From: an uncultured Bacteroidia bacterium
GTDB lineage: Bacteria > Bacteroidota > Bacteroidia > Bacteroidales > ML635J-15
Assembly: GCA_902790405.1 (NCBI GenBank)
Contig: CADARW010000020.1
Span: 1 to 51,986, forward strand
Length of the DNA stretch: 51,986 nucleotides
Direction of reading: 5' to 3'
Both the position numbers and the translations under genes were made by a program. Shown piece after piece: positions 47,349 through 51,986 of this stretch; position 1 is the first letter of the stretch, and every line of letters begins with the position of its first letter. Below the pieces are notes generated by a model. It was not told the origin of the DNA and did not search any database. It saw nothing but the letters and a program-made list of their open reading frames with translations.

Positions 47349-48677
47349 CTATTTTTTAGACCTTAAAATTTTTGTTACTGTCGCTTTACCGTAGCGGATG
47401 TAGTCGGTAATAGGAATTCCTGCAGGGCAGGTGAAGCTGCACGAACCGCATTCGATGCAGTCAAGCACTCTTTCTTCCTTCAAAGCGTCGAAGTCGCGAA
47501 TCTTGGCGAGGTTCTTGAGCAAGTAAGGTTCAAGACCCATACAGCAAGCGCTTACGCACTTTCCGCAGCGGATGCAAGCATTTTCTTCCATACGGACGCT
47601 TTCGCTCTGCTTGAACATCAGCACGCCTGATGTACCCTTTGTTACAGGTACTTCGAGAGACTTCACAGCCTTACCCATCATAGGTCCGCCGTTTACAACC
47701 TTGCCGGTGTCTTCTGGCAAACCGCCAACTGCTGCAATGAGGTGGCTCAATGGAGTACCAACTCTTGCAAGTATGTTCTTCGGCGACTTAACCGACTTAC
47801 CAGTTACAGTTACAACACGCTCGAACAAAGGTTTGTTCTTCTGTACTGCCTCGTAGATAGCGAAGGTAGAACCAACATTCTGAACTACGCAACCAACATC
47901 GATAGGCAATGCTGGCGGAGCAGGGATTTCGCGGTTTACGGTAGCCTTGATAAGCTGCTTTTCACCACCTTGCGGATATTTAACCTTCAAAGGCATAACG
48001 GTGATTCCGTACTTCTTTGCTGCCTCGGTCATCTTGGCTATTGCATCTGGCTTGTTGTTCTCGATACCGATAATGATTTTTTCGGCACCAGTAGCCTTCT
48101 GTATAATCTTGCAGCCAACCATGATTTCTTCGGTATGCTCGAGCATAAGACGATGGTCGGCAGTAAGGTAAGGTTCGCACTCGACACCATTTATAATAAG
48201 GTGCTCGCACTTCTTTCCCTGTGGAACCGACAACTTAACATGAGCCGGGAAAGTTGCACCGCCAGTACCAACAATACCGCATTCGGCAATCTTGGCGCGG
48301 ATTTCTTCGGCGCTCATTGTGATTTCGGTCTTCAGGTCGGGAGTGCGGTCGATGGTTTCGAGCCATTCGTCGCCTTCGACATTGATGAAGATACAAGTAT
48401 TCTTGTAGCCCGAAGTGTCGATTGTCTTCTCAATCTTAGCAACAGTACCCGATACCGACGAGTGAATGTTTGCCGATACGAATCCGGTGCTCTTAGCGAT
48501 GAGCTGTCCGACCTTTACGGTGTCGCCCTTGGCAACAACCGGTTCGGCAGGAGCACCGATGTGCTGTGCGATAGGAATCATTACCTGCTTGGGCAGTTCT
48601 ATTCTTTCGATAGGATTTCCTTTTGAAATCTTATTTTCTTGTGGATGAACACCACCTTTTGGAAAAGTTCTTAACAC
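47349..48677 (-). CDS. rnfC: Rnf complex subunit C
   Basis: FPKGGVHP, GIVGTGGATFPAH, and two 4Fe-4S motifs CIRCGKCVSACC and CIECGSCSFTCP. Confidence 0.93.
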   Translation of the reverse strand: MLRTFPKGGVHPQENKISKGNPIERIELPKQVMIPIAQHIGAPAEPVVAKGDTVKVGQLIAKSTGFVSANIHSSVSGTVAKIEKTIDTSGYKNTCIFINVEGDEWLETIDRTPDLKTEITMSAEEIRAKIAECGIVGTGGATFPAHVKLSVPQGKKCEHLIINGVECEPYLTADHRLMLEHTEEIMVGCKIIQKATGAEKIIIGIENNKPDAIAKMTEAAKKYGITVMPLKVKYPQGGEKQLIKATVNREIPAPPALPIDVGCVVQNVGSTFAIYEAVQKNKPLFERVVTVTGKSVKSPKNILARVGTPLSHLIAAVGGLPEDTGKVVNGGPMMGKAVKSLEVPVTKGTSGVLMFKQSESVRMEENACIRCGKCVSACCMGLEPYLLKNLAKIRDFDALKEERVLDCIECGSCSFTCPAGIPITDYIRYGKATVTKILRSKK

Positions 48678-48694
48678 GATGAGTCCTCCTGAGT

Positions 48695-49612
48695 TTAGTT
48701 GTTATTTACATTGTTTTCTACCACTGTAGCTTCGGCTGGTGCTGATGCAGGAGCGGGCTGAGCTTCGGGCTTTGGTGCTGGCGGAGTTGCCGGCTTAGGC
48801 GGGAAGTTTACAGCGTTGATTGCGCCTGTCGGGCATTCTGCAACGCACTTGCGGCACGACTTGCACTTTGTGAAGTCGATATATGCAACATTGTTCTCGA
48901 CGGTGATAGCCTCGAACGGACAAGCCTTTGCGCACTTGCCGCAACCGATACAAGCAGCCTTGCAAGCCTTCATAGCCTCGGCACCCTTGTCCTTGTTGAT
49001 ACAGCCGACATAAACACGACGGTCGTTCTTGCCACGGGCGCGAACTTCGATGACACCGCGCGGACACATCTTGGCGCAACCACCGCAACCGCCGCACTTG
49101 TCGTAGTCGATTTCGGGAAGACCAGTTTCCTTGTTAATCGATATTGCACCGAAATGGCATCCGGCAACGCAGTCGCCATAGCCAAGGCAACCGTACTGGC
49201 ATCCGGTGTCGCCGCTCGATGTAGCGTGAGCGATAGCGCAGGTCTTGGCTCCGTCGTAGGTCGAGGTCTGCGGACGCTTATCGTGTGAACCGCAGCATCT
49301 AACGACTGCAACCATAGGTTCCTTTTCCTCGGCTACAAGTCCCATAACGGCAGCAACCTTGCTCATGGCAGCATTACCACCTGCTGGGCAGTACTTGCCA
49401 TCGAGATTACCGCTTTTCACAACGGCTTCCGACAAACCCCTACAACCGGGGAATCCGCATCCACCGCAATTTGCACCCGGCAGGCACGCTTCAACTTCGT
49501 CTATGCGCGGGTCCTCTTCTACCTTAAATTTCTTTGCGACAAAGAACAGTATTATTGCTAACACTATTCCTAGCGCACATAAAGGTATCACAGTCCAAAT
49601 TACAATCTCCAT
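48695..49612 (-). CDS. rnfB: Rnf complex subunit B (polyferredoxin type) with a Pro/Ala-rich tail
   Basis: N-terminal TM, CGGCGFPGC, several CxxCxxCxxxCP clusters, and the C-terminus PPKPATPPAPKPEAQPAPASAP. Confidence 0.9.
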   Translation of the reverse strand: MEIVIWTVIPLCALGIVLAIILFFVAKKFKVEEDPRIDEVEACLPGANCGGCGFPGCRGLSEAVVKSGNLDGKYCPAGGNAAMSKVAAVMGLVAEEKEPMVAVVRCCGSHDKRPQTSTYDGAKTCAIAHATSSGDTGCQYGCLGYGDCVAGCHFGAISINKETGLPEIDYDKCGGCGGCAKMCPRGVIEVRARGKNDRRVYVGCINKDKGAEAMKACKAACIGCGKCAKACPFEAITVENNVAYIDFTKCKSCRKCVAECPTGAINAVNFPPKPATPPAPKPEAQPAPASAPAEATVVENNVNNN

Positions 49613-49642
49613 AAATTCACTGATTTTAAATTATTAATTTTT

Positions 49643-49737
49643 GTTTCTGATTTCTATGTTTTAAAGTTTCTGGGTTTCTAATGGTTTTTAAGTTTCTTTG
49701 TTTCTAAGTTTCTAGGTTTCTAAGTTTCTTTGTTCTC
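49643..49737. repeat. Tandem 8 nt repeat GTTTCTNN, ~12 units (AGAAAC on the transcribed minus strand)
   Basis: The units are gtttctga tttctatg ttttaaa gtttctgg gtttctaatg gtttttaa gtttcttt gtttctaa gtttctag gtttctaa gtttcttt gttctc. The array lies between the lipoprotein stop and the rnfB start. Confidence 0.88.
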
Positions 49738-49765
49738 GCCCCCTGAGCCTGTCGAAGGGGAAATT

Positions 49766-50455
49766 TTAATCGTCCAAATGTCCAACTATATTAAGACCAT
49801 ACTTGTTTGCAATTTTTTCTTTGTTTTTATCTGTTATCCTGTCCAAAGTAATGCACTCATTTATTTTATGAGAACTCTTGTATGTATTAAGAACAATTTT
49901 TTTATTGCTATATTCATCAAAATTGTACACTATATATTTTTCATCTTTGGCATACCGATTAACCGATAATGTGTCAGATACACAAACATAAGCCACAGTA
50001 TCAGGGTCTTCAACTTTTATTACTACCTTATTACTAATTTTTTCTTCATTAATACACAATGCGATAGCATCAATTCCCTTTACATCTTGGCGTTGATAGA
50101 ACTGCCATATTCCAGTAGTATTTTGGGAAACATAGATAATAGAATCTTTCGATTCTGTATGATAATAATATTTACAATGTTTGGAAAATGTTCCGTCCGA
50201 ATTTAAAATCAACGATGGTATATTATAATTTATCTTCCCTTCTACTTTTTCTTGCTGACTATTGGCATATGTTGTTTGCTGCCAGTCGGCATCAATAAAA
50301 CTTGTTTCTATTGTTGTGTCATACGATTCGTTTGATTCTACATTTTTATATTCAGTCATACACCAATTCCCTGTAACATTCTTTGTTGTTGGCTTGTTAC
50401 AAGACGCAAATAACATTAAAGTAAATGCGCAAACAATAATGACTAAATTTTTCAT
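49766..50455 (-). CDS. AT-rich lipocalin-like lipoprotein inserted between rseC and rnfB
   Basis: Lipobox LMLFASC, followed by the VTGNWCMTEY motif common in Bacteroidota lipocalin-like lipoproteins. Its ATG overlaps the rseC TGA as ATGA (50452-50455). Confidence 0.72.
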   Translation of the reverse strand: MKNLVIIVCAFTLMLFASCNKPTTKNVTGNWCMTEYKNVESNESYDTTIETSFIDADWQQTTYANSQQEKVEGKINYNIPSLILNSDGTFSKHCKYYYHTESKDSIIYVSQNTTGIWQFYQRQDVKGIDAIALCINEEKISNKVVIKVEDPDTVAYVCVSDTLSVNRYAKDEKYIVYNFDEYSNKKIVLNTYKSSHKINECITLDRITDKNKEKIANKYGLNIVGHLDD

Positions 50456-50874
50456 ATTTTCTCGATTTTAAAGTTAAACCCCTTCTTTATCTTGTCACGC
50501 AACAGGTACAGTACCACATAGTAAATCGTAAGCATAACAAGCGACACCAGTGCGGCTATACCCTCGTTTATTCCAATTCCAATCAGCACGAAAAGTCCAA
50601 TCATCACCACCACAAACGGAAGCGCATAGCCGATAAGCACGGCCTTGGTGCCCATTGTCTGCGTCATCTTTACATTTACCTCGTCGCCTACGGAAATTAC
50701 TTGTCCTTGCATAAGCTGGGCCTCGACGACCCTGCTGCCCGATTCGCTTGATCCGCAGAACGATGTAGCCTTGCAGGTGGCGCAAGCCGACGACACCATA
50801 ATCTCAACGATGGCGGTGCTGCCAGCGATTGACTTCACTGTTCCCTTGTGCGATATTTCTGCCGATTCGGGCAT
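50452..50874 (-). CDS. rseC: RseC/MucC-family protein (SoxR-reducing system component)
   Basis: 140 aa. The N-terminal Cys-rich soluble part is SSACATCKATSFCG. Two C-terminal TM helices. It holds the usual position at the head of Bacteroidota rnf operons. Confidence 0.82.
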   Translation of the reverse strand: MPESAEISHKGTVKSIAGSTAIVEIMVSSACATCKATSFCGSSESGSRVVEAQLMQGQVISVGDEVNVKMTQTMGTKAVLIGYALPFVVVMIGLFVLIGIGINEGIAALVSLVMLTIYYVVLYLLRDKIKKGFNFKIEKI

Positions 50875-50900
50875 TTTACAATTTCAATAATAATTGATTG

Positions 50901-50908
50901 CAAAAATA
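50901..50908 (-). promoter_or_regulatory. -7 promoter box (TATTTTTG on the minus strand) for the rseC-rnf operon
   Basis: The plus strand reads CAAAAATA, 27 nt upstream of the rseC ATG at 50874. Confidence 0.5.
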
Positions 50909-51016
50909 GATTAATAAATGTTTTTATGCAATAATAAAATTAAGGAAATTTTAAGTTTCCCATCAATCGTAAATCGTAATTCTAAAATCGTAAATAATCT
51001 TTATCTTTGCCGTCCT

Positions 51017-51652
51017 ATGAACGAAACAAAAATCATATCGCTTCTGCCTAAGTTCGACACGACATTCTTCGAGCGTTACGCCAAGATTGTGCTAGTCGAT
51101 TTGCTTGGTGAAAAATACACCAACCTTGTCAACCGCGACCGCCCCGACCTGCAGGACAACGATGCCAGCATCGGCATCGAAGTTACCCGTGCAATGGTCA
51201 CTGGCCGCGACGATGCAATTTCGCTCATTTCCGACATGGCTGGTGCCGACGACATTTCCGACAGCGACATCGAGAGAATCAGGAAATACGGCTATAGCTA
51301 CGGTATCCATCGTCGGCTGATGGGTAAGGTCGAGGAGGAATTCTGGTCGCTGGCAATTCCGCTCAGACGAATAATCGAAAGCAAGGTCGGCAAGGTGGCA
51401 AACGGCTTTTACGGCTGTTTCCGCGAGTTCGGTTTGTTTGTGTTCTCGAAGGACGAGCTTTCGCTCGAATATGCCACGCAGACAATGGACTACACCATCG
51501 AAATACAGCAGGAAAACGCGACAAAGTACGCCACAATGTTCATTTTTGATACGCATTCGCTCTTTGTCTGCGACCTCGTGAACGACATAATAACGCAGAT
51601 AAATGTAAGCGCCGAACAATGCGAAAGATATTATATGGAAGCATTAAAATAA
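51017..51652 (+). CDS. Hypothetical cytoplasmic protein, weak PD-(D/E)xK-nuclease-like N-terminal pattern
   Basis: The -7 box TATCTTTG at 51002-51009 sits only 8 nt before this ATG, which implies a near-leaderless mRNA. An alternative ATG at 50918 lies in AT-rich sequence. The pattern DRPDL-x9-IGIEVTR loosely resembles D...ExK. Confidence 0.6.
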   Translation: MNETKIISLLPKFDTTFFERYAKIVLVDLLGEKYTNLVNRDRPDLQDNDASIGIEVTRAMVTGRDDAISLISDMAGADDISDSDIERIRKYGYSYGIHRRLMGKVEEEFWSLAIPLRRIIESKVGKVANGFYGCFREFGLFVFSKDELSLEYATQTMDYTIEIQQENATKYATMFIFDTHSLFVCDLVNDIITQINVSAEQCERYYMEALK

Positions 51653-51729
51653 TTTTTTGTTTTGCATTTCGATGAAAAGATTAATTTTGCGAAGTGAAAA
51701 AAGAATGTAGAACCTAAAAGTGTAATAAG

Positions 51730-51986
51730 ATGAAAAAGAGTATTTTCTTTATGATTTTAGCAGTTGCATTTGCTTTTGCATCATGCAGTTCAATGTCTAA
51801 TGTAGCTTCTTCAGACACTGTAGCAAAGACTGCAGGTACTTCATGCGGATCGTCGCTTGTAAACCTTTACAAGTCGTACAAGGCTGCTGGCAACAAGGTT
51901 AATATGAACGATACCAATGTTCTTACCAATGCTATCGCTTTGTCAACCAGCATTTCTGGCTTAAAGCAGAATGGCAAGGATTCGGC
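51730..51986 (+). CDS. Lipoprotein, 3' end outside the window
   Basis: The ATG at 51730 encodes MKKSIFFMILAVAFAFASCSS (lipobox). The frame stays open to the window end. It is not in the supplied ORF track because no stop is reached. Confidence 0.6.
   Translation, partial: MKKSIFFMILAVAFAFASCSSMSNVASSDTVAKTAGTSCGSSLVNLYKSYKAAGNKVNMNDTNVLTNAIALSTSISGLKQNGKDS

Overview
This 52 kb window looks like a chromosomal segment of a Bacteroidota genome, probably Bacteroidales. That call is an inference from three things. TAnnTTTG -7 promoter boxes sit 20-50 nt upstream of many start codons. Shine-Dalgarno sequences are absent. The gene content fits: an rseC-rnfBCDGEA operon, an e(P4) phosphatase, and many TPR/OmpA lipoproteins. 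Most of the window is housekeeping: ftsE, ribD, frr, pyrH, aroK, dxs, the Rnf complex, an initiator-type tRNA-Met and a Na/Pi-PhoU transporter.

Five parts are non-routine:
1. The left 8.3 kb is the 3' part of a giant SpvB/FG-GAP/RHS polymorphic toxin. Its AT-rich C-terminal ~194 aa toxin tail overlaps a lipoprotein immunity candidate by ATGA.
2. A tight five-gene operon at 21.2-26.3 kb joins a partner-switching module to a RelA/SpoT-type small alarmone synthetase and an HD-hydrolase::APH-kinase fusion. The module is a short RsbW-like HATPase, a Cache-HAMP-PP2C and a STAS protein, and no sigma factor is present. This is my best candidate for an undescribed system.
3. Two unusual short-period tandem arrays share a GTTTCT core. 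One has a ~17 nt period with GGC-NNN-GCC mini-hairpins and starts on the base after the operon stop codon. The other has an 8 nt period inside the rseC-rnf operon.
4. A ~400 nt GC-rich, hairpin-dense segment at 9.0-9.4 kb has no credible ORF.
5. A perfect 20 nt palindrome is present twice, and there are several compositional mosaics: an AT-rich patch inside a porin gene and an AT-rich lipoprotein inserted into the rnf operon.

All product calls rest on motifs read by eye. No database search, HMM or folding calculation was run.
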